Shown here: in pieces, positions 1 to 12,785 of the stretch
Position numbering within the stretch: the first letter of the stretch is position 1
How the letters are laid out: each line of letters opens with the position of its first letter
Source of the DNA: Tubulanus polymorphus
Taxonomy: Eukaryota; Animalia; Nemertea
Assembly: GCF_964204645.1 (NCBI RefSeq)
Contig: NC_134028.1
Coordinates: forward strand, 2,108,001 to 2,172,000
Reading direction: 5' to 3'
Length of the DNA: 64,000 nucleotides
Position numbers and translations under genes: made by a program
Notes under the pieces: generated by a model
Database searches by the model: none
What the model was told of the DNA's origin: nothing
Seen by the model: only the letters and a program-made list of their open reading frames with translations

Positions 1-2228
1 TGGACCTATTCTCATTTAAATTCTCTGAAACATCGATGTTTTGACAGTCTAAGATGTCAAAACAATAATATTCACTGTCACACTCTGAGAAGTCAAAGTA
101 ATACATTCTTCGGTAAGGGGTGTTATTTTAGTGAAAATCCATGATCTAAAGGTCATTCTTAAGGGGTGATTACTAAGTATTCACAAACAAATTCAGACGG
201 CATTAATCATCTATATAATTAGAAAATTAGACATATTGTCTGAGCCTTTGAGACCGTTTCGATGGGTGTTTGATAAATGTCCCTTGCCGAGTTCATCGTG
301 GGTCCTGAGGCCTGCGTTTACTCGTTATCGACTTGTTTCGTTGAGACCCTTCCACAAGATTCAGCGATATACTTCCACAAAAAACCGCGCATCAGTAAAA
401 TGAAAGTCGTGCAGTGATTTGCTGGAAATGATCGAATGACTTTTTGCATTCAATCTTATCCGAGCATCTGTACAAATATTCGAGTAGTGATTGAGATTTT
501 CGGTTGACAGATCATCAGATCGTTTGGAGATTCTGAATCATAATTATGTATATGAATAAAGCAGCTTTTCGCCGTGCCCGCCGGGAACCTGTAGCGTAGC
601 GGCTTTCTGATAGATACACGCCGTGTTAGGAGCGCATCAATTAAGGTTTGTCGAGTGGAAAAAATAGATGTGAGAAATGTCCTGTGTCTGGAGCTGTTCA
701 GACGGAATGTATGATCACCACGCTGTTTGATAATGTGACTCTGCCAGCTCCGATTCGCACAAGACACTTTTCAGCTTATCCGGATCCTGCATTTTACTAC
801 GACATTATATTATGAAAAATTCATATGTAACATTGCAAATTTCTTTATCATATAATTTAATTTTGAAATGTAAAATAAATTCATTCATTCATTCATTCAT
901 AAGCCATGGAACTAAAGTCACAGACAAGTAAACCGAACAATGATACTCAAAGACAGTTATGCACTGCGCTTTTTTCTTATGAAGGATTTCCATAGCTATC
1001 ACGCGCAACCAATGAACAGAATTTTAATGTAGGCCGATCTCGCAGCTTCAGTGCACTGTAGACTAGACTGTGACATGTCTAGCTCGTTCTGTTTCTGCGG
1101 GATTACCATCATTGCAATTAAAAATCTGAAGTCAATCGCTGCAGTCTTTTTCGTGATGCTCGCACTGCACGAGTATATAATTGAATTTAATTATAACCTA
1201 GGATATTTAACAGCAATCAAAACCTGCGTGTTGCGTGACTGGTTTTTCTCATGTAGCTTCCGCAATCGTCCACTTCGCGGGGATCAGCCGACTGAGCATG
1301 AAGACCGAGTAATCAATCACCGGAAAACAATCAAGCTAGCACCGAACCGGTGAAATGGTGATGAGAAATTGTCCTCTATACACATCACAACATGCTGTTA
1401 ATAGATCGGTACTTTCATCGCCTCCGTGATTCATACCAACGCAATATCATTGTTAATGTCGTTGTTTATTGGCCAGAAAAACAGTTCAACGAGACACCAG
1501 AGAAAGAAGACTTCATTGGGCGCAAAGTGAAACCTTCATCGAAGATTGATAAGGCGTATTTTCGGTGATCCAGTCATAATTAGGGTATATAGAGTAAATT
1601 GAACAAGATGGCCGAACACCAGTCCGCATATATATTGCTTCTGATATCTAACATCCAGTTGGTAATGTAAAGTATTCAATGCCACACCTCGGTAAACATG
1701 ACGTATATGAAGATATATGTTATTCTTCTCATCTGGTTCATCTTATGAGGTATTTATGCACCTGGTGACATAAGGTTCTATCGTTAATTCAAAATGGCGG
1801 AAGTTTGATGACGATTCTTTCGTAGAAAACAGCGCTGATTTGACAGATAACACTAAAACTACTAATCATATCTGAAATATCGACAACGTGGATAGATGAA
1901 TAAATAGTTTGCTTTGCCTTTTAAGGTACAAGCTTTCGGCATACGCTGAACTCGGCTAGATATATGTATAAATCCTCGGTCTCCGGGGTGCGCTCTGTGA
2001 ATTAAGATATCTTGTTCATTTTCCGCTAGCCATGGGTCACGAGACCCAGGAGGTTTCGCCTTGCATTATCATCTATCACTAACGGTCGGTATATGTAGAT
2101 ATACGCTATAGCAGCACCGACCATCTCAAACCTAAGACTAACACGCCTATAACTAACCTAAAACTGTCAATGAAGGACACAGATTTGTTTTGTTAAGTAG
2201 AGAATTCGATATTCGGTTGGTGTTTTCA

Positions 2229-2567
2229 CATCCTCCCTCTGCAGGGACTCGAACCTGATGGCATCGCTACACTCAGCCACGGCACGAACCCCTGCATCAG
2301 TAGACCGGGTGCGCAGGTACATGCGCAGCTTTCCGAACGAAAACTGGCGGCACCAATCAGATTGCTCGTTGTATAATCGTTGAGGCAAATTTCAAGGAAG
2401 AACTATAAATGGGAAAACCCGGGCTAAAATAAAACGGGATTTCTGATTGGCTAAAAATCACATCATCTGAACTGCGCATGTATCTGCGCACACGGTCGAT
2501 TATGGCAGGGTTTCGTGCCGCGGCAATCTCGAGGCCATCAGGTTCGAATCCCTGCCGGGGGAGGATG
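2229..2567. mobile_element. MITE family A, 339 bp, CATCCTCC...GGAGGATG termini, 9-bp TSD (Mutator-like)
   Basis: Long imperfect TIRs. TSD gtgttttca on both sides (2220-2228, 2568-2576). Near-identical reverse-complement copy at 27187-27525. Confidence 0.9.
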
Positions 2568-3782
2568 GTGTTTTCAATGAATGTGGCAGGACATCATCTT
2601 ATAGTGTCTCATCAGTTTAAGTAGATCTGCTAGAACTTGCAGAACAGACACTTAACGTGAAATGGATTTACAACACGAGCCATAAGTTCTCGGGCATCAC
2701 ACAATTCCCTTCCTTGTCCTTCTCTCTCACCTTAGTGACGTGTTCAGTGATCGATTACTGACCCTGAAACTATACCACAAAACAACGGAAAACATCGCGC
2801 ATCGCTAGTTATCAAATTAATAAATGGAAATGTCAAAATTCTTCGCGCGAAGATAATGGAACGGTCGTCGATGTGAAATTAGAACTGGAAGCTCCGCACA
2901 GCGCGACGAACGACGTTCTTTTCATTCCACGTAATGTTGTTGAAATCTATCATTTTCAACTTTCTAATAGTCACTTGAACATTTCACACGATTTCATCGA
3001 ATCGAGAAATTCAAGCCCGATTTACGACGTGTCGGAAGAAGTTATCATTTTCTTTAATCGCGCGCATGGTGCGTACCATGCCGTGACTGGTCGGGTTTGG
3101 TTTGAGAACATCATAAATTAACTCTGAATTCGTTTATATATTCAGCAGATTGCATATATGGATTGTAGATTTGCGACCATCGCAGCGGAGTAGCATATAT
3201 CTACCAACTTCCGTAGATTCTACAAGACTCGAAATTCGCTATTCAGTCAGATTGTAACAGTTTTGGCAAATAAAAACCCGCTTTCCACAAATTAGAAATC
3301 GAAAGCAAGATCTTTTATTCAGAAATTCTAAAACGGAGATCATGAAGTTTCGAACACTCACATCCTCATCAGGTTCGACGATGACGACGATCTCTAGTTA
3401 AACAGTTCGAAATGTCAAGTCCTTTCGTTTTGAAAAATAAATCTTGCTTTTAACTCTTAAATCTGTACATACTGGGTGAGTCATATCATATCATCTACTC
3501 TCCACAAGGTTGGTTATTCTACTATTTTGTAGATCTATTTTACGTCATGATTTAAACGCATGGATCGGAAATAAATCTTTTTAAAATAGCGAACCGACGG
3601 TATATATTTCTAATCTAGTAATGGTGCTTCGATTGATTGTCGTTGTCACGAGCTGGTTTCGGTAATGGTTAATCAGTTAACAGCAGATCAACGCTAAGGT
3701 TTGATAGATTAAGCTAGGTTTGGAATTCCACCTGCGCGTGACAGCCGCCTGGCTCGTTTATTACGATCATCACCTCAACCTC

Positions 3783-3803
3783 CGCCGCCGCCGCCGCCGC
3801 CGC
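3783..3803. repeat. (CCG)n microsatellite
   Basis: About 7 units. Confidence 0.8.
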
Positions 3804-6012
3804 AAAACAGAACGACGCTCAATTTTGCCGATGAAGCGAAATCTCGCGAGAGCGCCTTTCAAAACAGTAAAGACGATGTTCGATCGTACGGATGTTTAAT
3901 TTAATTATGTCAATCGTTTGATGGATGAATGGAACGAAAGAGAGCAAAAACTACTCTGCTGTTAAGCACATAATTGTGTATCGAGTAAGAGAAAAGACGA
4001 TTGTTTAAAAATGGCGCAACTGATTGTTTATAATTGATTAAACACTCAAAATGCACCGGAAAACCTAAAAATGCACATTTCCCCATATTCTTGAAACGAC
4101 GTTCGTTAATACTCGGATCAATTCAATTGAAATCTTTGGTACTTTTCAAGTTCTGATGTGTCATTATTTTTTTCGATGTTATCCGCGATTGCTGCAGTTT
4201 AGGTTACATCTATTCTTATCCAATATTCGATCTAGACTGCCGGGATAACGGTCTTATACGCGGTGGATTGGAAACTTCAGCTAAACACCGAACCTCCTAT
4301 TGGTTTTAATATCATATCGCAACTTAAGAAAAAAACTTGATTAATAGTAGGTATCATTTCGCCAGAACTGATCGGGTGAAATCTTTTACGAGGTGATACG
4401 TTGTGAAATGAAACAGTCTGCAGTCAATAGCTATACACTACCGTCAGAAATATAACGCCCAACGTTTGCATTAAACATATTGTTCAATGTGGCGACTGGA
4501 CACTGAATATGCGGTAATTATGCGTCGTCAAATGTATTCTATTATATGATTTATGGGCAAACGTGCCGATATAATACACATTTTCTGCGCTTTGTAACGC
4601 TCCACTCGCAATACTGTATAATCATGTGCAATAAAACTTTCGAGTCTGAAGCATATCGCGATATATATCAAAATGAAGTCATGGTTTTCATCAAACGAGT
4701 AATAAGTAATGAGTTCATATAAAAATAGTGTTAAAATCAACCGTCGCGTGGACGGTGGAGCTTTAAATATAGAGCACGTGGTGTAGAGTAAGGCCTGAAA
4801 GATTGTTTTCATGAATCGGAACCGAAATTTCCAATTATTTACTTAGATGTTTAAAAAAAATTCTGTAAATTCGTCCGATCATCGAACTATCTGTACTTCG
4901 ATGTCTGATTTCAAAATAAAACTTCCTATTTCGTTTCGGACAGGTGTGGTGGGTTTATAAGTGACACCTAATCAAATCGAAACTAACGATCGAATAGATA
5001 AGATGGGCAACCGAAATGTGAAGATCAAGATTGGAGGCCTCGCGCTAAAGAGTTCGCCCCATTTGTCATCCACGTGAAGATGCAACATCGACAGTACTAC
5101 AGATAAATCTAGGTTGCAGAGTTGTTTTCAATTCGATTTCATTTCTTCATTTCGTCGTGATAACTGAATTCGGCACACTCGCGATCGACAACTATCCAGC
5201 CGTTAGTAATGCCGATATTAACATTCAGACGCTGGCAAATTACTTCACATTTTATAAAAACGGTCACTCGCGCGTGAGAAATTCAAACTCGCATGATTCT
5301 TTCCGAAGACAAATGACGTATTCGCTCGACGCCGACTCATCCTAACACACTGTGCATTCAACCTCAGTCTCCTCATGAATTCTACATTTCACGTATGCAG
5401 TATAGATTCTCTTCGTAACCATTTTTCTGTTGCTTAGAGTAGTTAATGATGCCGAACTCATTTTTCTTCATTCATCTACGCGTGTTTGCTTTTGCTATTA
5501 TACAAAAAAAAAATATGAAGAAAAACGAACGCGAAAGTTTTGCGCAATGTTTGATTTGCATCTCATACGGTTAGTGTCTAAACGCTGAGATTAATGTTGA
5601 TTATTTTAGAATTGCAGCAGAAAAACCAGCTATTAATCAAACAGAGAATTATATATCGATTTCCCAGTGGACATGACAAATGAGATGCCATTTAAAAAAA
5701 TGACTTGCCTGAAAGGCTTCAGGGTGAGCATAGTTACCGCGAGTTGAAATAGGACTGTCTGCAGGAGGTTGTCAGATCGGTTATTTATTGTGCTCTTCAG
5801 ACTAGACAAATCTGTCCGCTCTTAACAGATTTAATCTCGTCACCAATTGCTTTAAATCGTTCAGACCAAGTTCCACCGTTGACCGTGAATTCATTTCTAA
5901 TAATATGCAACACCTCAGAGTGACAGAAATAGTACGTATGTAACTGTCTTTAATGTAGTATATCAAATTACAGGCTCACCACATCAGCTCATATATCTAA
6001 TAGATTTTCAAT

Positions 6013-6055
6013 GATATACGATATGCGATATACGATATACGATATACGATATATG
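6013..6055. repeat. (GATATAC)n microsatellite
   Basis: About 6 units. Confidence 0.8.
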
Positions 6056-6499
6056 AAAATATTCTTCAATTTATCAGAAAAACGTTTCTGCGAGATAATA
6101 TGAAGAAGGTGACATCAGTGTTAATGGTTATGAAATATATCTATTGATATATGATTCAATATTCAAGGCTACACGAATGAACGTTACCTGAGTTTACACC
6201 TGATATCACTGTTCAGGATAGTCGGTCAAGTTGATGTCACAATGTAGACAAATTGGATTACCCCCATCCGTAACTCGATCACAAGCCAAGAAAAAAATGT
6301 CCTTCGTCCTAATAAGATACCTGCTGACTTGAATCATAGTTGAAACGAGTGCCCTATCTATATATATATTTATAATTCTCACACGAAAATCGACAATCGG
6401 GGATACGACACCGTTAATGACATTTGTTCACTAGAATTAAGTGTAGAAATCTTGACATTTACATTTCATCTTCTATCGTTATTCCATCCTCGAACAAAC

Positions 6500-6618
6500 C
6501 TACCAACCTTACCCCATCCCTCGCAAACATCCAGGTCTACCAACCCTTCTCCCCGCAAAAATCCAGGTCTACCAACCTTTTACCCCCTCGCAAATATCCT
6601 GGTCAAACAACCCTTCCC
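6500..6618. repeat. Degenerate ~32-39 bp tandem repeat
   Basis: Recurring ctaccaacc...cgcaaa..atccaggt. Confidence 0.6.
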
Positions 6619-6940
6619 TAAGAACCTACCTCAGAATATGCGATTTCAGAAATCTTTAGTTATAAAACTGGGTAATTGTGGCATATTGATGGCGTATGCG
6701 TCTAGATCGTGATCATGCTATCAAAATTCGAGAAACCGTGCACCACTTAATGTTTGTTTCCAAATCCTGGACTCCAGATTCTCTGAGATAAATCCTACTG
6801 TAATTGGAACGATTGGCGGCGGAGTCGAGGTGAAATTGTCGTCGAAAACTTGTCGATGTTAATCTCGATTGAGATGAATTATCTAAAAGTCGGTCGTTCT
6901 CCGATATATTTAGAAAAAAACACCCGACAGAGACAAATAC

Positions 6941-7540
6941 AGAGGAACCCCTTACAACCTCTCGTTTAACCACGAGTTTCAGAGGAACCCCTTACAATCT
7001 CTTGTTTAACCACGAGTTTCAGAGGAACCCCTTACAATCTCTCGTTTAACCACGAGTTTCAGAGGAACCCCTTACAATATCTCGTTTAACCACGAGTTTC
7101 AGAGGAACCCCTTACAACCTCTCGTTTAACCACGAGTTTCAGAGGAACCCCTTACAATCTCTCGTTTAACCACGAGTTTCAGAGGAACCCCTTACAATCT
7201 CTCGTTTAACCACGAGTTTCAGAGGAACCCCTTACAACCTCTCGTTTAACCACGAGTTTCAGAGGAACCCCTTACAATATCTCGTTTAACCACGAGTTTC
7301 AGAGGAACCCCTTACAACCTCTCGTTTAACCACGAGTTTCAGAGGAACCCCTTACAATATCTCGTTTAACCACGAGTTTCAGAGGAACCCCTTACAATCT
7401 CTCGTTTAACCACGAGTTTCAGAGGAACCCCTTACAATCTCTCGTTTATCCACGAGTTTCAGAGGAACCCCTTACAATCTCTCGTTTAACCACGAGTTTC
7501 AGAGGAACCCCTTACAATCTCTCGTTTAACCACGAGTTTC
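6941..7540. repeat. Minisatellite, 15 x 40 bp
   Basis: Unit agaggaaccccttacaa(cct/tct/tat)ctcgtttaaccacgagtttc, head-to-tail with no spacers. Confidence 0.97.
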
Positions 7541-7989
7541 ATATTTTGTTTGAATTTACGAATTCATTCGAACAATTTTCAATCGTTCTAACATACAACC
7601 GACACTTAAAGTTTTTTGGTCTCTTCTTTAACAAGATGTTATTCGGAATTCTATGGAATTCTATGGTCTCTGCCAATGTCCGAGGAGTCGTTTTCTTTTT
7701 CAAATCAAACAACCTCAAACTGTCTTATATATCTATATTTACATTGCCAGTAAAGTGATACTTCATACAGCGAACTAACGGAAAACTGAACCTGGATAAG
7801 AATCTGCCGGTGGTTTATCAATAATGACATGTTAGTCACTTCAGAGCCGTTTTAATGGCATTTGAGTCTCCTCAGCCTTTTCCATTAACGCTACCGCCCT
7901 TTCACATCGCGGTCAGTAAACATAACCAAACAGGAACAACGGGTAATTGCGACATAAAAAGGTCATCTAAAGTATGACAGCAACTATTA

Positions 7990-8260
7990 CTTTTCAATAA
8001 ACCTCTGTCGATGACTTTGTAAAAAGGAGCTGTCAAAAAGAATATTACTTTCCTAGTTTTCTCAACAAGGAAAGCATTTGTATAAAGCTTTCTATCTGGG
8101 CCTCGGACAGAAATAGGGCGTATATACTTTTTAAATAGCATGGCCTGGGTATGTGGTTTAGATTTGCTATGAATGTTTTGAAATTGAAACCGATTATGAT
8201 CCGGGCTGTGGATATGATGTAGTAATGCAATAATTGAGTTCATCATCGAAGCAGTGGAGG
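7990..8260 (-). mobile_element. Highly decayed CR1/L2-like LINE RT C-terminal fragment
   Basis: Frameshifted minus-strand pieces FDDELNY, IISTARIIIGFNFKTF and MLFKKYIRPI resemble the clade's post-RT region. Confidence 0.45.
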
Positions 8261-8559
8261 ATATGAATATTACAGGTTTCTGTCACATCATGTCTCATTA
8301 AAATAGTTAGATAGATCAGTGCAGGGTAACGCCTAATGCAAACTATGATTAGGGATCATTAATCGATCGTTTCAACAGAAATGTCGGTATTTATACCAGA
8401 ACTTCAACTGACAACGCCTGTAATAGCAGTATAGAGCAGGCACAGGTCACATACTCAAGGTGGCATATCGACGGTTCGGTTGGAAATCAATTACTGGTGT
8501 CGTGTCAGGTTACCGAAACTGAAACATCCCCGGGGAAAATTGTCCAAGATTCGCCATCG

Positions 8560-8800
8560 GCACGGTTAGCGTGGTAGAAACACTCTAGACGCCATTACCG
8601 TGGTTCACGATACGACAGAAAGGAAGAGCTGATCGGGAGGGACAAACGACACTCATTACCAAATTCGTGCATTTACATATCGATACACCAATAAATAGAT
8701 TAGCGAGGCTGGGAGTTGTTGAGAACATCGACGTCCTTGTGAAACCATTGAATATGGAATTCTTTCCACAAACTATACGGATTAGAATGCGGGAACCTTC
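8560..8800 (+). mobile_element. Highly decayed CR1/L2-like LINE 3' fragment
   Basis: Frameshifted GWELL(E)HRR and FFPQTIR(D)*N resemble LGWESLEERR and SFFPRTIRDWN. Confidence 0.4.
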
Positions 8801-10399
8801 AAAGCGATCTGGCCATTGCAGCACATCTTGAAAAAATATTTCGTTGGAATTGGTTTCGTTGGAATTTCGTTTAAATCGAATCACGATAAACCGAAATTGA
8901 AATTATAAACTGCAACGGGTTTTACACTGGTGGTGTAACGATCAACGGAAGAATGGAAATAGGAATGTCAGATATAAGATGGAAATGGCTACTTAAGATA
9001 ACAACGTTGGATACAATCATGTGATCTTACTATGTAACGGCATACCAGAGACGAAGAGAAGAATATAACCAGGCCTTAAATACCGTATCGCTCTTTTTAT
9101 TGAAATCTATCACGCCAAACGCCACTCGAAATGCAAATTGCTCGTAGATGAGGCATCAAAGAATAAAATCTAATTCATTTCGCAGTAATGCCATCCCATT
9201 CTCGATGAAAAATAGCGCATTTAACCCAGCAACGCTGCAGCTTATGGAACTTAAACCGAAATTGCTCGTTAGATTGAAAAAGTATCGATGAGACGTCAAG
9301 AGCCCGTACCACGAGTTATGATGGATTTTTGACATTTAATAATATGTCAATTCGCTACGTGTAACTCGCTTAGAATTAGCTACTTTTCACGCCCTTCCGT
9401 GCTTGCAAATATCGCTTATACGTCGCCTTTATATTTCAGTATAGGCCATGTTCCACGGCGTCCGTCTGAAGAACATGAACTTCTTGAGTGTCGTTGTAGA
9501 AGTTCGCTTACACTTCTATGGTGTCGTTGAGAAATCTGAAATAAACTAATCACATATACGCGGTATGACAGAACGCGCGCGCCCTGTAGGTACCTTTTTT
9601 ATGAACACTCCCATGCTAAGACTGATATCAATCACTTTTTTCCTGAAGGCGTCATGGATATAATTGTTAGCGTCGTCAGCTGTCAAAACAAAGCCTATTC
9701 TTCACCGTCTATCGCTTACAGGGTCTTCAGCAAACATAATTCACTTAATAAGTACCTCATCCGTTTTATGTAAGGTTCTGTTACGACCAAGGACTTATCA
9801 TGTCCGGTAAGCTCCGTGCATATCTTTCTTATATTGACACCGAACTGTCAATTGTAATCGAGATAACGTTGACAAAAATAAGCACTTTCTCGTTATTTTC
9901 CCGCTTTTTTCGCCAGGCTCTGTATACAGAATTGTTCAGAAACTTGCTAACTACGAACATGGTTTTCGCTATTGAGCTGAACGGTCCAATAGAGTAGTTA
10001 GTCCATTGGCCCCCTACTTTGTTTGTTTTCTTCCGCGCCAGTCATGTCAGGAATGTTATCGTGTTTGATTTAAATTGATTACTAATAACTGTACCGGAGA
10101 ATCGCCCGCAACGTGAAATATGCAATATTTCTTGCGAATGATGATGATTGCGGAAAGAAATGCAATAATCTTGTTGGTCGTTACGTTGATATTCTATACA
10201 TCCATCTCAATCGAGTTTATTACATATATGAATTAACTAAGTAAGCAATGATAAGATATTATGAAGTAAATCTTTTGATTATAAACTGTTACTTGCCATT
10301 ACAGGAGAGTTACTGATAAGTTTACTGATAAGTTTGGAGTACTTGGGAATTCTAGGCCTACACAAGTATTTGACTTCTGTATCTGTCGACGCTATCTAT

Positions 10400-10520
10400 A
10401 ATCAACCTTTTCCAAGGTTACTTTGGTGGTTGACTGCATCGCCCTGTACGTGCTCTAGACTCGGAACTACAAATCCAGATACGAATGAATAATTCTAGAA
10501 TGAAACAAAATCACTTCCAC
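10400..10520 (-). mobile_element. Possible decayed CR1-like fragment
   Basis: Minus strand LE(Y)SFV.W and LEHVQ resemble LEYCSPVW...LERVQRR. Confidence 0.3.
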
Positions 10521-11169
10521 ACTAAAACCGCTGCGTAACAGCTTTGAAAGCAACATACGTCGCAGTTTATTAGATGCATCAATGGGATAGGATATGGCGC
10601 ATTCCCTTTTCCTTAAAAACTACCATAAAAACCATTAAAGACAGCTGGCTCTGCTAAAACGCATTCGTCGAGGAGAAAAATCAATTAGAAATGTTCTTCT
10701 ACAATTTTAACGGTGGCCTTATTCCGTTACTAACTGACCTGATAGAATGACGTTTTCTTCTACTATAATGTTCATTGGATTTTACTCTTAATGCAATATG
10801 TTCGTTCGACCGTTAAGCAGTTCCCACTCTAGATCCGGGGTATCAACTGGCATTTTCGAGACATAACACGCTGTTAATGTATTATGTGCCGTTATTTGCA
10901 TTGCTGTTGCTTGACAAATGGTAAAAATGTCGACATCTCGAAGAAGGAGAGGGATTACGACCAGAACGTTTCTAGCCATGAGCGGATATTATCTAGGACT
11001 GTACTGACGTACTAAGCCGGACCCAACACCACGTTGAGCCGCGTCGTAGGCGCTAGATATTAAAAGGATTTCGGCCAATGAAATTACGTACGTGAACGGA
11101 TATTATTGCCACCAGCGCCATCTCTTTTTCAATATGGTCGCCGTTTCTTTGCTACGAAATAGCATCATG

Positions 11170-11383
11170 GGCGAACTTCGGTTATCAGAGTTAGAGTCGA
11201 CTACTTGCAAGCCGAGTGAAACTGAAATTCAATCAATCAATTCGAGTCGGAACTATAGTCCGCCACTGAGCACGGTCGCTGTGGACTAGACCTAGTTCCA
11301 AGATGGCCGACACATGGAAACTGTAGGGCGTTCGGTCATTAGTTTCACTACTAGTCGACTTACTATGAAAACCGAAGTTCGCA
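11170..11383. mobile_element. Harbinger-like MITE family C (TIR GGCGAACTTCGGTT)
   Basis: ggcgaacttcggtt...aaccgaagttcgc. Relatives at 41850-42008 and ~17150-17340. Confidence 0.7.
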
Positions 11384-12519
11384 GTGGCTGCATCTACCTG
11401 CAGTGTCGTTTTGCTTATAGTCTAATCATGTATGAGGTGATCCAGACGATTGGAGAGCTGACAACTATTTTGGTCACTCCATTTACGTCTAATACAGGAA
11501 ATGAGTGGAGCATAGTGATGTTGAAGAACGGTATGCGTCGAAATAAGGAAGAAAGTGATTCAAAATGCATCTTTCCAGATTAAGATGGACAGCAAAGAGG
11601 GTTACTACCAGTTCCATTGTCACAAAGGAACCACGAACCTGCAATTATCGTTACCACGGCGAAAATATCACGCGTCCTCATCGGTCAGAATAATCTAACC
11701 TGTGCCGTTTCAACGGATGGCAAGGTAGTTATGCAGTCAGCTAACGAGCGCGGTTAATATACCAACCTAGAAACCAACTACAAACAGCTACGCGCACGGT
11801 CTTTCCGCCTTAGACTTTTCCGCGCTCTGTCATTAGCGTTTTTCTACTTGTTTCCCGGCGTAAATCAGCTTCCCGAACGACTGAATTAAACATGACGTTG
11901 ACACGGCAGTGACATCAGCCGCCGAAAGACGCCCCTCATCCGGTCCATAGATTGGATTTGTTTTTCAAAAATAACCCAACGAGTCGTAAATATCTATTCT
12001 TACATTCACGAATATATGGTGAAACTTAGCGTCTTTTGGGTGTTATGCAAAATAGATATATTATATTCTTATATTGTAGTATACTTGATTTGTCTGAACT
12101 CGCTGTCGTCATAAGTTAACTTAATTAGATCTAATCATTCTGACCATAAATAGATATATATTCATAGACAACGCATAGATAAATCCGAAGACGGCATTAA
12201 GTAAATCATGTCCGCTTCCTTCATCGCAAATCGCTCGATCAAAGCACCTTTCTAATTAATCTCCCGCTAACATATAGCTTAAGCCATCCGGACTTTGTCC
12301 GTGTCAAATTATCTGACGGAAGAAATAGATAAGTCGCTTCTGAGATAGAAGCAGTATAACAGTCCGTCCACGAAGATAATCACTAAATCCTGAAGGCTTA
12401 ATTGATTGTAAATTGCATTAATTACCTGCGAATATATCAAACTAACGCCACATACGCATTTTTGTATAATAGGGACGTATTTTGGGTGTTGTGTTCAAAG
12501 TTACGATGTGACATCGAAT

Positions 12520-12785
12520 GTTTACTGTTTCACGGGAGGTCGAGTCACCGATACCCGGCCAAGACTCGTTTGTCGGATCTTATCTTCAGGCCACCTGAGA
12601 TCCACGATCTTTTTAAACCGAATGCCTAATTCATTTGATGCATACATCCCTGTTCATTGGCTACGACCTTACGATAGGTCGTAAGCACACTTTAGGCCAC
12701 ACCAATCCGCCTCGGCAAGTGATTTCGATGGTCTAGCGGTTAGTGCTGGCCTAGGACAACATCGGTAGCGTGTTCGAGTCCCTCT
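12520..12785 (+). mobile_element. Decayed tRNA-derived SINE-like sequence
   Basis: A-box-like tggtctagcggttag and B-box gttcgagtcc (12729-12781). Hairpin tacgacct..aggtcgta. The tgttcatt..gcta..ggtc segment resembles 2010-2060. Confidence 0.35.

Noticed and set aside
2229-2567. tRNA gene suggested by GGTTCGAATCCC
   Set aside because: No cloverleaf; the motif lies within the TIRs of a TSD-flanked MITE.
6941-7540. CRISPR array
   Set aside because: Units are contiguous with no unique spacers, there are no cas genes, and the context is eukaryotic.
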